The notes beneath the pieces are model-generated. The model saw nothing but the letters and a program-made list of their open reading frames with translations, made no database searches and was not told where the DNA came from. 44,751 bases of DNA from a virus (lineage: Duplodnaviria; Caudoviricetes): IMG/VR virus record IMGVR_UViG_3300036783_000070, positions 1-44,751 of that record; one strand, written 5' to 3'. Both the position numbers and the translations under genes were made by a program. Numbering within the stretch: position 1 is the stretch's first letter; every line of letters begins with the position of its first letter. Shown one piece after another: positions 16,499 through 26,269 of the stretch.

Positions 16499-18654
16499 TC
16501 TTCCTGCTCTCCTAGCATGGAGTTGTAGGTTGTAGCACGGCCACCGCCACCCTTTGTAATGACGCCGCGCCCCACGAGGGTCTTCTCTACGTCATCCATT
16601 TCACGTGCTGTCATATGGTATGTCTGCATGAGTCGAGAACGACTTACCGTCCCCTTCTTCTCGACAGCATTCTGGATGAGTTTGATTCGATGCTCGCTGT
16701 CGCTCTGGCCAAGAGACATCACTACGTCTTGAGAGTAGCGTCGCCAACCGTCTGTGTACGACAACGCCTTGAGTAGGTCGTGTACTCCGATGACGAGTGA
16801 GCCTTCTTGGCTTCGTGCGGCAGCTATGAGCATTGCACACTTGAGCGTGCTGATGGAAAGCCGTGCGTTCGTCGGAACAAGTAGACCAGCATACTCTCCT
16901 GTGTCGAGAGCTATCTGAGTCATAGTCTGGTCGAACTCGTTGAATCGCAACCAGGCTTCAGGAGTCATGGTGACTTCTTGAATCTGGTTGGTAACTCCTA
17001 CGACCTTACCTGCAACTGAGATAGGAACTGTCTTGGTATGCCTATCTCGAATGTCACGAAGCTCTTGCACGAGTGCCTCGCGTCCCTGAAGGTCATTCTC
17101 CACAGGGGGGCCGAGTGGCTTTACCTTACTGACGTCGCTCTCTGCTGTCACGATAATGAACCGTGGAAGAAAGCCCGACTCTACATGTTCCTGATTAAGG
17201 AGCCTTGCCGTCTTAGACTTGATGCCTCCACCGAAGACGATGAACCGGGGATCCTTGATGACAATCTCTTCCTTGCGGAGGAGACGCTTTTCTCTCTTGC
17301 CGTCGTATAGCTTCGTGAAGAGCTCAGGCATTCCTGCCATGTAGTCCTTCTTGGTCATCTGCTGAATCAGACCTGTGAACTCGTCACGAAGGAATACAGA
17401 CGGTTTGCCACTCCTGACCGATAGTGCCGTTAGGAGACCTTCAATGGATCCGTCAGTGGCCATCAGGATATCTTCGTCTACGTCGTTGACGATATCCATT
17501 GCCATATCCATCGCGGTTGACTTCCTAGTTAGCGTTGTGTCAGCTAGGATCATGAACCAAAGGTTGGGGATGAGCTTACCGAATGACGTTGGTAGAACCA
17601 TTGAGCCGGTTAGTACTGACGACAGCTGAATGAATGCTCCAGCTATATGATACTGTTCAGCTGCATCTCCTGCGTGCTTAGCCCATTCAAAGTACCGATC
17701 AACGTATGTTTCCGGAAGAGACTCTACTAGGTCCCATTCCCTCTCGGTCAAGATCGATATCTCACCAGTCGGTGGAGCTGACAGTGTGACTCGTGTCTCT
17801 TCGAACTTCGAACGTGCTCGGCATACGTCTTTCCAAAGCCTAATGTCTTCGCCTTGGAACTTGTTGCATTGTGCGTCACGACATAGTAGGAACGTCTCTA
17901 CCATTGTCAGGCGTGCTTCGAAACAGTACATCGACAGACTGTAGAGTGCCTTGGAACGATCTTCCGGGGCCTCTCGATAGAACAGGGTGAGGACTGCTCC
18001 GTTGAGCTTGAACTTGTTATCTTCTAGAACCTGCTCGCCTGATCTAGCGGGCAAGTCTGGAAAAGGTACATCGAGGTACTCGTAGCCTTCAACTTGCGGA
18101 TAGACTATGAAGTCGTCAGGCTTACTGGTGATGCTTGGATCCCAGTGATGAATTCCAACCTTGGGAATGTCACTTGTGTACTTGAAGTTGTTCGTTCCTG
18201 GGACACGAAGCAGCTGCGTTAGATCCCAGCCAGAAACGTCTGAACCTACGTTCCTGTGGCCATATGCTACTCTCCGGGAGAGCGCTTCGGCGTCTTCTGC
18301 GGCGATAGGTTGTTCGAGAGACCATATAGCTTGATAACGTTCTGGACTTGTTTCGAGGACAAGCGTCGGGCGTACCAGGAGATTGTTAGGATTACAATCG
18401 TCGAGATCAGCCCAGACGCACTGAACCAGATCCACATTCGCTTTGATCCTTCTCGGCTCGACGAGAAGCTGGGGACAGTAGTAGACGTTCTCGACGTTGA
18501 CCTTCTGCTTGATAAAGGCCAATGCGCCGCTAACTTCGTCTGGATATCTGTAAAACTTCTCAGTGAAGGGGCCCCCCGATCTACGTGATGCCATGCACAT
18601 GTAGCCTTCTGTATTACCGAAGGACTGTGCGAAGAAACGTTTCAAGCCTGACAT
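16495..18654 (-). CDS. RepB-like primase fused to DUF3987-type helicase/ATPase
   Basis: WADLD, ETSPERYQAIW, LRVPGT.N.K (RepB primase); RKST, GS.EGL, RDEF, SGFLPRF (ATPase). Confidence 0.9.
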   Translation of the reverse strand: MSGLKRFFAQSFGNTEGYMCMASRRSGGPFTEKFYRYPDEVSGALAFIKQKVNVENVYYCPQLLVEPRRIKANVDLVQCVWADLDDCNPNNLLVRPTLVLETSPERYQAIWSLEQPIAAEDAEALSRRVAYGHRNVGSDVSGWDLTQLLRVPGTNNFKYTSDIPKVGIHHWDPSITSKPDDFIVYPQVEGYEYLDVPFPDLPARSGEQVLEDNKFKLNGAVLTLFYREAPEDRSKALYSLSMYCFEARLTMVETFLLCRDAQCNKFQGEDIRLWKDVCRARSKFEETRVTLSAPPTGEISILTEREWDLVESLPETYVDRYFEWAKHAGDAAEQYHIAGAFIQLSSVLTGSMVLPTSFGKLIPNLWFMILADTTLTRKSTAMDMAMDIVNDVDEDILMATDGSIEGLLTALSVRSGKPSVFLRDEFTGLIQQMTKKDYMAGMPELFTKLYDGKREKRLLRKEEIVIKDPRFIVFGGGIKSKTARLLNQEHVESGFLPRFIIVTAESDVSKVKPLGPPVENDLQGREALVQELRDIRDRHTKTVPISVAGKVVGVTNQIQEVTMTPEAWLRFNEFDQTMTQIALDTGEYAGLLVPTNARLSISTLKCAMLIAAARSQEGSLVIGVHDLLKALSYTDGWRRYSQDVVMSLGQSDSEHRIKLIQNAVEKKGTVSRSRLMQTYHMTAREMDDVEKTLVGRGVITKGGGGRATTYNSMLGEQEE

Positions 18655-18763
18655 TCATGTCCCCACACCTTTGTAGCGTCCGCACCACGATTGGCGGACT
18701 GTCAACGGATTGCGACCGACAGGTGTTCTCATGAGTCCCTGCGAGTACCGTTGTCAATCCTAG

Positions 18764-19267
18764 TTAAGGCAGCATCGAGTCTTTCTTCTTGGAGGAAGAC
18801 GTCGAAGAGCCACCGTTCGAGCTGCCCTCGTCTTCCTTCAGAGGAGAGAAGCCACGAATCTCGATCCAGCTCATAGGATCGTCGTTCGGGTTTTCCTTCT
18901 TCTTCTTCGGGTTGACACCTCGCCTCGCGAAGAGCTCCTTGCCGATGTAGAACTCAGGCGCCGTCGGAATGTCGAGGTTGTTCTGCCCACCGCAGTTCTC
19001 GAACTCGTTGATGCCCTTCAGGATGTTGACGATCGTGTACAGCGCGCCATCCCAGCAGCACGCGTTGCTGTACATCATCCGGTCGGCAAACTTGCCTTCC
19101 TGGATCGTCAGCTCGAAGTTGAGCATCGGCTTGCCGGGGTTCTTCTCCGACTTGCTGTGCTTGAGCTCGACGTCGGTGATGCAGACGTGGTAACGTCCCG
19201 ACGGCAACGGCTCGTACTCGCCACCAGACTTGGCTTCCTGGTCGCTGAGATTGACCTTAATGCCCAT
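18764..19267 (-). CDS. Single-stranded DNA-binding protein (DUF669-like)
   Basis: YEPLPSG.Y...ITDVE...SK....G.PML OB-fold pattern, low-complexity tail; follows AAA ATPase. Confidence 0.8.
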   Translation of the reverse strand: MGIKVNLSDQEAKSGGEYEPLPSGRYHVCITDVELKHSKSEKNPGKPMLNFELTIQEGKFADRMMYSNACCWDGALYTIVNILKGINEFENCGGQNNLDIPTAPEFYIGKELFARRGVNPKKKKENPNDDPMSWIEIRGFSPLKEDEGSSNGGSSTSSSKKKDSMLP

Positions 19268-19269
19268 TG

Positions 19270-20328
19270 TTACTCCTGCGTGATTAGCTTGAAGATGTCG
19301 TTCATGGTAGGCTCTTGCATGAGGAGTGGTAGATTTCCAGAGCGGTCCTTGGTTACGTAACCCTCGAGTGCTCCGGTCATCAAGATTCGCTTGGTTAGTT
19401 GTTCGCCGTTCTCCTCTACCTGCTTGGTGTATAGGTACATCACCTGGTCGAAGAAGGCTGCTGCCTGGTTCGCCAGCTTCCCTGGAAGGTCTGGCTTCTT
19501 CCAGAGAAGTCCCTTGTTGTCGCGGTCTTCCTGTTCGTGAGCGACTGCGACGAAGTTGATGGGGAGATCTCGGAACCGACGAATCATCGTCCGCATACGG
19601 TTCGTGCTCTTGCCCCAGTCATGCAGACCAGGAACGTCAGGATCACGATCCGGATTCGAAGAGAGCGTCTGGTCCATCACCCAGTTCATGTTGATCTTCT
19701 GGAGCTCGGTGAGCGTGTCGATCGCAACGCTCTTGAAGTCACAACCGTCTTTGGTGTTGTAGCACTGACGATCCAACTCGTCGTAGATCGCTTCGAGCTC
19801 GTCCCAGGTAACGGATCCTCGGACGTTCGGGTCAGGAAGGATCATGATGTCCTGGCTGACCTGCTTCAGAGTCGAAGATCCTGCCTCGGCTGCGATGTAC
19901 AGCATCGGAGACATGATCGGCGAGAGCTGTGCAGTACCAGTGAGGCGAGTCTTACCGATACCAGGCTTACCGTAGATGAGGATGTTGACGACAGGCTTGA
20001 TGGACCGAATCGGCGCCATCGGCACGCCTGCGAAGGCCTTGGCGAGCTTGAGCTCTGTCTCGGTAACGATAACTCCTGCGGCGATTGCTTGCCTGTCCTG
20101 CATGTCGAGCTGCTGACGCTTCGTCTCGTTCTTGTTCGCGTCGAAGTTGGCTAGCCTGTTTTCGTCTTCGACCTCGTCGAACTGAGGCTCGTCGGGATCG
20201 AACATGTGTGGATCCCGCGGGGGATCGTTGACAGGCCCCGGCATCTCAAGTTCGATATCGTCATCGTCGAGCTCTTCAGACGTAGGTTCAGGACTCTCAT
20301 CGAGCTTCGCCTGATCAGTGTCGTTCAT
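19270..20328 (-). CDS. AAA ATPase (AAA_24/Sak4-like recombinase)
   Basis: YGKPGIGKT Walker A, VAIDTLTE Walker B, AH, KDR; acidic N-terminal extension. Confidence 0.88.
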   Translation of the reverse strand: MNDTDQAKLDESPEPTSEELDDDDIELEMPGPVNDPPRDPHMFDPDEPQFDEVEDENRLANFDANKNETKRQQLDMQDRQAIAAGVIVTETELKLAKAFAGVPMAPIRSIKPVVNILIYGKPGIGKTRLTGTAQLSPIMSPMLYIAAEAGSSTLKQVSQDIMILPDPNVRGSVTWDELEAIYDELDRQCYNTKDGCDFKSVAIDTLTELQKINMNWVMDQTLSSNPDRDPDVPGLHDWGKSTNRMRTMIRRFRDLPINFVAVAHEQEDRDNKGLLWKKPDLPGKLANQAAAFFDQVMYLYTKQVEENGEQLTKRILMTGALEGYVTKDRSGNLPLLMQEPTMNDIFKLITQE

Positions 20329-21527
20329 GATACGTTCCTGTCAGTTGATGGTTTCCGGTTTTCATAGTATCTTGGTTTGATTTCGTAAAGTGTGTCTAGA
20401 GCGTATTCGTAGTCTCGTCCTGCAGTCTTGTCGATACATGGTCCTTGGAAAGCACACCAGCCGCAGGTGAACCTGCCTGGGCTAGGATAGATGGACAACT
20501 CGGGGTTAGTCATCTCCTTCGCCTGAAGGTAGATGTAGTACCCGATGTTGTCGAGAGTCTGTTCGGGCTTAGGAATCTTGTGCGCCTCGTAGAACCTAGG
20601 TCCTGCACTCTGCAACCAGTTGATGAACTCGTCGTAGAGTCCTTGCTGGTAGGCAGAAGCATCCTGCGTCATTACAGTCTTGAGGTAGGTTTGGTAGTCC
20701 GTGTTGATCTGCTTCGAGACGGAGAACTTCCTACCTAGCCTTCGAACCTTATTCTCGTTCGGAGGCTCCGGGAAACCCTTCTTGAGCTCGACGTAGATGA
20801 ACCCGCGGATGTTAAGGCCGAGTGCATTCCTCAAGGCCCAACAGTAACTTGCTACCTGGTCATCTGTTTCCAAGACAACTTCGGAGTCTTCGTTCAACAT
20901 CCTCATTGTTGTCTTCCAGTCAAGGATCCAGAAGCCACCAAAGGCGTCCATCACAAGCGCGTCGATACGACCCTCGTAGACGACTGGGAGACAATGCCGA
21001 TCGTAACCGGCTACTTGACATTCCTTTGCTAGCTCATGTAGCTCTTCGGAAGAGAGTCTTGCTATCTTTTCCTGACACCGTTTGCAGGCGCAGCGAAGCT
21101 GCTTACCATTTGGATCCAACACGGGAACGGCAAACGTCTGCTCTACTGCTACAGGAGTGAATTCCCCAAGGGGCAGATGCTCTTTCACGTACCAACGAAT
21201 CATGCCGACTCCAAGGTCCATGAGAGCCTTGTAGTCACGCATTTTCTCGTCGTCAAGGTAATTGGCGTTACGTTCGTAGGTCTTCTTCTGTTCCTGAACA
21301 ACTTGGAGGAAGGCAGTTTCAGCACGAACACCGATCACTTCGCGACTTTGGCCCCAAGTGGTCGGATCATACATCACTTCCATCGCCCTGTGGAACGCTG
21401 TGCCAAATTCAAGGGGCACGGCGGTAGTAACAGGTTGACGGTTCTCTTGGAAAAGCCACGACCACCGCTGGCGACATGCTCGGTAGCTTCGTAGCTCCGA
21501 GACATGTATCTCGTGGACCAGATCCAT
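20325..21527 (-). CDS. PD-(D/E)xK (RecB/Cas4-like) exonuclease
   Basis: S.L..Y..C, GTAFH, VEQ, GRID, ILDWKT, Q...Y, C.WC.F..PC. Confidence 0.9.
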   Translation of the reverse strand: MDLVHEIHVSELRSYRACRQRWSWLFQENRQPVTTAVPLEFGTAFHRAMEVMYDPTTWGQSREVIGVRAETAFLQVVQEQKKTYERNANYLDDEKMRDYKALMDLGVGMIRWYVKEHLPLGEFTPVAVEQTFAVPVLDPNGKQLRCACKRCQEKIARLSSEELHELAKECQVAGYDRHCLPVVYEGRIDALVMDAFGGFWILDWKTTMRMLNEDSEVVLETDDQVASYCWALRNALGLNIRGFIYVELKKGFPEPPNENKVRRLGRKFSVSKQINTDYQTYLKTVMTQDASAYQQGLYDEFINWLQSAGPRFYEAHKIPKPEQTLDNIGYYIYLQAKEMTNPELSIYPSPGRFTCGWCAFQGPCIDKTAGRDYEYALDTLYEIKPRYYENRKPSTDRNVS

Positions 21528-21555
21528 TCGTTCCCCTTACTTAGCTTGTAATAAT

Positions 21556-21584
21556 ATTATATAGGGCTTCAAAAGGAAAGTCAA
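21556..21584 (-). promoter_or_regulatory. sigma70/HrdB-type promoter for replication operon
   Basis: TTGACT-N17-TATAAT on -. Confidence 0.85.
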
Positions 21585-21617
21585 CGGGCTCAAAGAGGTA
21601 ATTTTTAGGAGCAAGGG

Positions 21618-21667
21618 TCCCGCTCGAGACTAGACCTGAAGGGGGGTTCAGTAGCCCCGAGCGGGAC
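21618..21667 (-). terminator. Hairpin after 21682 gene
   Basis: GTCCCGCTCG...CGAGCGGGAC outer stem with inner hairpin. Confidence 0.6.
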
Positions 21668-21681
21668 GATCTTGGTGAAGA

Positions 21682-22338
21682 CTAGCTGATCTTGGTCGCC
21701 GTCAGCGAGCCCGTAATCAAGCTGTACTCGCTAGCACCGGTGTCAGCGTCGTAGCCGAAGCCGTAGACGTGCAACGTCTCGCCTCCAGAAGGAACCGTGA
21801 CCACGCTGGAGCCGCTCGCATAGGCGTCATGCTGGGAAGAGGCAGCAGACACGTACGGCTGAAGATCAGCGCTTACGTTGAACAGGTCACCAGAGAAGCT
21901 GGAGTTCTTGACCTGGTCGTAGACGAAGAACTGGGCCGAGACGGTTCCTGTAGTACTGGCGTCCGGTTCGGCCTGAGCGTTGATGTCGAGCTGGTACGTT
22001 CCAGCCGGAAGAGTCAGTGAGCCAACCTCTGCAGACTTGCTGTTGAAGCTGCCTCCGGTGGGAACCGCTGACGCGTCCGACAGCTTCTCGGTGGAAGTAG
22101 TTCCGAGCGCTGCCACCTTGGCTGCGGTAGCATTCTCCCGACTGCTCACCAGAGTGACGTTGCTGTTGATGTTACGGATGTTGGCGTCGATGTTGATGAC
22201 GTCCTGGGACAGCGACGCGATGGTGTTGGTCGTCGCAGTAGTCGCAGCGGACGCGACACCCGAGCGAGTGACACCGACGGTGATACCGATGATTGCCAGG
22301 AACAGGGCGAGCCCGATCCAGAGCTTCTTACGCGACAT
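21682..22338 (-). CDS. Secreted/membrane-anchored protein with coiled-coil stalk and C-terminal beta-sandwich
   Basis: Start MSRKK at 22338; basic + hydrophobic + ASA signal peptide; heptad stretch; LTLPAGTY beta domain. Confidence 0.75.
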   Translation of the reverse strand: MSRKKLWIGLALFLAIIGITVGVTRSGVASAATTATTNTIASLSQDVINIDANIRNINSNVTLVSSRENATAAKVAALGTTSTEKLSDASAVPTGGSFNSKSAEVGSLTLPAGTYQLDINAQAEPDASTTGTVSAQFFVYDQVKNSSFSGDLFNVSADLQPYVSAASSQHDAYASGSSVVTVPSGGETLHVYGFGYDADTGASEYSLITGSLTATKIS

Positions 22339-22753
22339 TGATTGGGTCCTTTTCTTCAGCCTGAGGCATTTCCTCAGGAGTCTCTTGAGGACGGAGTTCG
22401 TCCAGTATGTCATGGTGTCCGTTCATCAAGTTGCCGATGAACTTCTGGACAACCATTTTCGTAGGCCGATTGCAGGTAGCGTGCACCCACCAACCGAACC
22501 TCTTGGTCTTGGAGTAGCCGAACTTGTTGCCGCTGGAACGCTTTCCAGTACAGCGACACCAGTTCTTAGGCTGGGCAAGCATCCACTCGATCTTGCCGTA
22601 GGCAGCAGTGACAGTTCCGAGTTCCATAACTAGATCCCGAAACATCCCTATGTGCTGAACCTCTGAGGGAACGTTTTGCGCTTCCCAGATCTTCTTGACG
22701 AAGGACTCGGCAGCTTCGTTATCCCTGAACGTGAGTAGTATCGCGCGTGCGAT
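22328..22753 (-). CDS. Hypothetical Cys/His metal-binding protein (start uncertain)
   Basis: CRC...GWWVH.TC.RP motif; frame stays open upstream of ATG 22645 to an ATC preceded by AAGGGAG. Confidence 0.6.
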   Translation of the reverse strand: MARAILLTFRDNEAAESFVKKIWEAQNVPSEVQHIGMFRDLVMELGTVTAAYGKIEWMLAQPKNWCRCTGKRSSGNKFGYSKTKRFGWWVHATCNRPTKMVVQKFIGNLMNGHHDILDELRPQETPEEMPQAEEKDPINVA

Positions 22754-23156
22754 TTCGGCCAGCTCCCTTCAAAGCATAGAGCTCTGTAGCTATTGCTAGT
22801 CTGCGTTCTCTTTGCTTATCCGTAAGTGCATATCCTCGACCTGTCATCAGCGTTCCGAATTCGAGAGCCAAGTCTACTTCTTCTACCTTGAGTACCACGT
22901 AAGGTCTTATCAGGGTAAGCATCCGAATTGCCGTATGACCAGCACTACGTAGTTTGTAGAAGCCTCGATGCTCACAGTAGAATCCGCCCAGAAACTCCTG
23001 CATGTAGAGAAGCGGCTTAGGCCTATTTTGGCCTATTTCTACGCGAACGAGGCATCCATCGTTATAGACACCTACACTACCTTCTCCGTCGAAGAAGCCT
23101 GCAGCATAGGCAAGCTCCGTTTGACTAGCCGCTCGCGTCGGCGCGCCTCTCGCCAT
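22719..23156 (-). mobile_element. Free-standing LAGLIDADG homing endonuclease gene
   Basis: LAYAAGFFDGEGSV motif; PY...K C-terminal motif. Confidence 0.88.
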
Positions 23157-23316
23157 CAGGCTTCACCTCCTGTAGAGTACCTTCCCAGCGCTTGCCATTG
23201 AGCCAGATGATACAGTGGCGCACCCGAGTAGGACTCAGCAGCTCTGTGACCTCACCCAGATGAACTTCCATCGCAGGAGTTTCTTCAGCTTCCCTGCGGC
23301 GCTGTTCCGAGTTCAT
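23125..23316 (-). CDS. Hypothetical protein
   Basis: Fits the dense - strand gene tiling. Confidence 0.5.
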   Translation of the reverse strand: MNSEQRRREAEETPAMEVHLGEVTELLSPTRVRHCIIWLNGKRWEGTLQEVKPDGERRADASG

Positions 23317-23542
23317 TGATTCCCCACTCGTCGATCACGACGCCAAGGTAGTACATCTGGTGCTTGACATCTTCACACTTCGAGTCTTCGGAGTGGTAGT
23401 GAAGAAGGACGTGCTCCTCTTCCGACTTCTTCCGAGCATCGTTCAGGACCTTTTGCTCGTCAAGAATCGGAATCATGTACATGTGCCTCATCCGATGCAC
23501 CACCTGACAAACGTGCGCCCCGCTCGCTTGAGGTTCTTCCAC
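23285..23542 (-). CDS. Hypothetical protein (start probably near 23493)
   Basis: Tiling and phage-like codon use in the 3' part. Confidence 0.45.
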   Translation of the reverse strand: MEEPQASGAHVCQVVHRMRHMYMIPILDEQKVLNDARKKSEEEHVLLHYHSEDSKCEDVKHQMYYLGVVIDEWGINELGTAPQGS

Positions 23543-23934
23543 AGGGCGCTGAGTGGGATGTCAGGAAAGTCGAAATCGAGGATGGGATGCTCGTCAGTCT
23601 CCCATGCCTTCTGGAGCTCTCCGATGTCGTAGTCGTCTTCGGGCTCGTCCTTGACGGCTGCGAAGGTTGTCGTGACTGCGACTGGAGTGAAGGTCGGCTG
23701 CGGTCGACGTTCGGGAGCTCGGAGGGTGACGACGTATCCCTTGACCTCGTTGATGATAGGCCGAGCTTGCCTAGCGACAGCAGCGGCGGCAGCCCTAGCA
23801 CGCTCATCGGACTCTCGCTTCAGGAGGTCGAATGTGGTCTCAGGGTTCTTCCACCCCTTGCAGAGCTCGTCGAACATGTCGTTGCCGAAGCGAATCGGAA
23901 CAGGGTTCGAACGATCGAGGTAGTCGATGCTCAC
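23488..23934 (-). CDS. Hypothetical protein
   Basis: GTGA overlap with upstream gene; high GC3. Confidence 0.65.
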   Translation of the reverse strand: MSIDYLDRSNPVPIRFGNDMFDELCKGWKNPETTFDLLKRESDERARAAAAAVARQARPIINEVKGYVVTLRAPERRPQPTFTPVAVTTTFAAVKDEPEDDYDIGELQKAWETDEHPILDFDFPDIPLSALWKNLKRAGRTFVRWCIG

Positions 23935-24260
23935 AGCTTGTGTCCGTTCTGTGTAGATGCCTGCTGACGCTTACTGGTCCGAAGAGCGTTGCACCCTTCG
24001 TGAAGGACTTCTTCCAGGTCTTCGTCGGTAATGAAGGGGTCGAGAATGATCGTCATGTTCGCGACGTTGTGGTCAGGACCGATGAGCAAGCCCTTGGCGT
24101 AGTAGATGATACCCCAAGTAGGCCGCGGACCAGTAGGTCCCTGCTGAACGATCACAGCCGTGTCGACGGCGATGATGTCGAGTCCGTAGCTTATCTTGCC
24201 GAGGATAGCGACAGCACGGTTGTGAAGATCCGTCGACGGCCGCTTGACGTCCTTGATCAC
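23931..24260 (-). CDS. Hypothetical protein
   Basis: GTGA overlap with helicase stop; AGGAG RBS. Confidence 0.7.
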   Translation of the reverse strand: MIKDVKRPSTDLHNRAVAILGKISYGLDIIAVDTAVIVQQGPTGPRPTWGIIYYAKGLLIGPDHNVANMTIILDPFITDEDLEEVLHEGCNALRTSKRQQASTQNGHKL

Positions 24261-25708
24261 TTGTCTCCTAGAAGGATCTTGAGGTTGGCTAGCTTGGTCT
24301 GTATGCGCTGGTTGCGTCCCATGTCGACTGTATCGTTGGCTACGATGTCGATGACTTGGACGGCGTTCTTTTGTCCAATGCGATGAAGTCGATCCTCAGC
24401 TTGGAGATTCTTAGTCGGATTCCACATCCGGTCCAAGAACACGACGGTACGAGAACGGTGCAGCGTGATGCCTTCTCGACCAGCGGCAATCGTAGCAGCC
24501 AGGAGTTGAATGTCCCCAGCCTGAAAAGCCTGGACATTCGCATCTCGATCGGTGAGGGAAACGTTACCATGATAACCCGCACATAGGATCCCGGCTTTAC
24601 TCGCTCGATCCAAGACGAGGTTGACCATCCCACGTGACTGGGAGAAGATGACGAAAGGCTCATTGGCGTTGTCCTCGATGAGCTCCATGAGACGGTTGAG
24701 CTTGCTTGACGGAGACCTGAGTACGACTTTCGTGTCACCCTTGTCGTTGACGACTTCGAAGTCCACCGTTGCTAGTGCCATCTGCTGAAGACGTACTAGC
24801 TGACTAACGACGACAGGTGCTGTGAGTGGAGTGTCCTCATGCTCACCGATCCAGGCGATCATGTCCTTACGCATCTGATCGTAGGCACGACGCTGGGCAG
24901 GAAGAAGGTCTACATGAAGTGGAGTGTAGTACTTCTCAGGAAGGTCGATACCGACTTCGTCCTTGGTCCTACGAAGGAACCAGGCATCCCACTCCTTGTG
25001 AAGAGTAGGTACAGCTGCCTCGTTCACGCCAGTGATCTTGCGGAACGTGTTGCCGTACTTACCTTCGCTAGTCTCCTGGATGCAGTACGTGTTGACGAAC
25101 TTCCAGTAGCTGGCGAACTCCTTCGGGTAAAGCCAGTTGAGTACAGACCAGATGTCTGCTGGCTTATCGTCTCCAGGAGTTCCGCTCAAGCCTGTCTTGA
25201 AGTACGTCTTGAGCTTCTTCAGGTTTACGGCGGCTTGGGCTTTGCGGTTCTTCACCCTGTGGACCTCATCGCAGATGATGTCGAACCAGGTGATTTCCTT
25301 GAGCTCAGGTATCAGACGCAATGCCTCGTAATGCACGATGACATACATCGGATATGGAGGCTTGAGGCGCTCAACTAGAAGGTGCCGCTTCTTCGGATCG
25401 ATGACGACGATGTTCTTCCTGAACGCCTTCTCGTCCCAGTGAGAGAGTTCAGGTAGCGATCGAATCGCAGGTACCCATGCATCGTAATGCGTTGCTAGAG
25501 GCGCTACGATGAGCGTCGGCCGCATGTAGGGAGGCTGTTCCTTCGGAGGAAGACGCTCCCAATGCTTCCGAGAGCGGAGCTCTGCATCGATGAGAAGGCC
25601 TTCGAGGGTCTTTCCTAGGCCCATCTCATCCGCTATGAGGCGCCCGGGGAGTTCCTTCCTGGCTAGCTTCTCCACCGCTTGCAGTTGATGCTTGTACGGC
25701 GTTATCAC
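24257..25708 (-). CDS. SNF2-family DEAD/DEAH-like helicase
   Basis: PYKHQ, ADEMGLGKT, DEVH, SGTP, QAEDRLHRIGQ; likely start GTG 25708. Confidence 0.93.
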   Translation of the reverse strand: MITPYKHQLQAVEKLARKELPGRLIADEMGLGKTLEGLLIDAELRSRKHWERLPPKEQPPYMRPTLIVAPLATHYDAWVPAIRSLPELSHWDEKAFRKNIVVIDPKKRHLLVERLKPPYPMYVIVHYEALRLIPELKEITWFDIICDEVHRVKNRKAQAAVNLKKLKTYFKTGLSGTPGDDKPADIWSVLNWLYPKEFASYWKFVNTYCIQETSEGKYGNTFRKITGVNEAAVPTLHKEWDAWFLRRTKDEVGIDLPEKYYTPLHVDLLPAQRRAYDQMRKDMIAWIGEHEDTPLTAPVVVSQLVRLQQMALATVDFEVVNDKGDTKVVLRSPSSKLNRLMELIEDNANEPFVIFSQSRGMVNLVLDRASKAGILCAGYHGNVSLTDRDANVQAFQAGDIQLLAATIAAGREGITLHRSRTVVFLDRMWNPTKNLQAEDRLHRIGQKNAVQVIDIVANDTVDMGRNQRIQTKLANLKILLGDK

Positions 25709-25868
25709 TAAGCAGTTCCTCTCGGGTGATATCACTGAACTCTCGCCGCTCGAACCGAACGCTACTGCAGAGGTCTGTGCCTCCAGAATGGTAGACTCGT
25801 ACTGTCTTCTCGATCTTGAAGAGGTATACGAGCCTACCATGCTGAGCACACTTGTAAGTTATCCTCAC
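25626..25868 (-). CDS. Hypothetical protein
   Basis: GTGA coupling to upstream gene; overlaps helicase start. Confidence 0.45.
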   Translation of the reverse strand: MRITYKCAQHGRLVYLFKIEKTVRVYHSGGTDLCSSVRFERREFSDITREELLSDNAVQASTASGGEASQEGTPRAPHSG

Positions 25869-26269
25869 AGGTCTTTTACTGGCGGACGGAAGTTCTCCCC
25901 GTCATACCAGCCGCCTCCTATTCCCAGGCAGGTTTCGCACGTCTTGACATTGCCGAGAGGACCGTTAGTGAAGCCGCCCTCTCCATCGCGACCGAATGTA
26001 CGGTACTTCAGAGGAATCGGAGTACCATCCATCATCACGACACCGCACTGCTCGCAGTCCTTACACTTGACCCATCGGAGCTTGTGGTTACCTTGTCTGC
26101 CTAGCCAGAGACCGTCCTTGCGTATGCGCTTAGCAACGCCGTACGAGAGAAGAAGGAAGACTAGTACGATGGGTATTGCTACCGCTATGACTATGTGGTT
26201 GAACACGATCCAAATCACCTCCACCATGCACTCTAGTAGAAAGAAGCCGACGTCGTTGAAAAGTTGCAC
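25865..26269 (-). CDS. Membrane protein with Cys-rich (DnaJ-like zinc) motifs
   Basis: TM segment, CKDCEQCG and CETCLGIG. Confidence 0.65.
   Translation of the reverse strand: MQLFNDVGFFLLECMVEVIWIVFNHIVIAVAIPIVLVFLLLSYGVAKRIRKDGLWLGRQGNHKLRWVKCKDCEQCGVVMMDGTPIPLKYRTFGRDGEGGFTNGPLGNVKTCETCLGIGGGWYDGENFRPPVKDL

Noticed and set aside
20325-21527. Cas4 as part of a CRISPR system
   Set aside because: No array or other cas genes; it sits in the usual exonuclease-AAA-SSB recombination module.
22719-23156. Group I intron or intein around the LAGLIDADG ORF
   Set aside because: No flanking space for a ribozyme core, and no Cys/Ser...His-Asn splice residues or interrupted host protein.
25709-25849. 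N-terminal extension of the SNF2 helicase
   Set aside because: Overlaps another ORF; the conserved PY.HQ motif starts right after GTG 25708, which has a GAGGA RBS.
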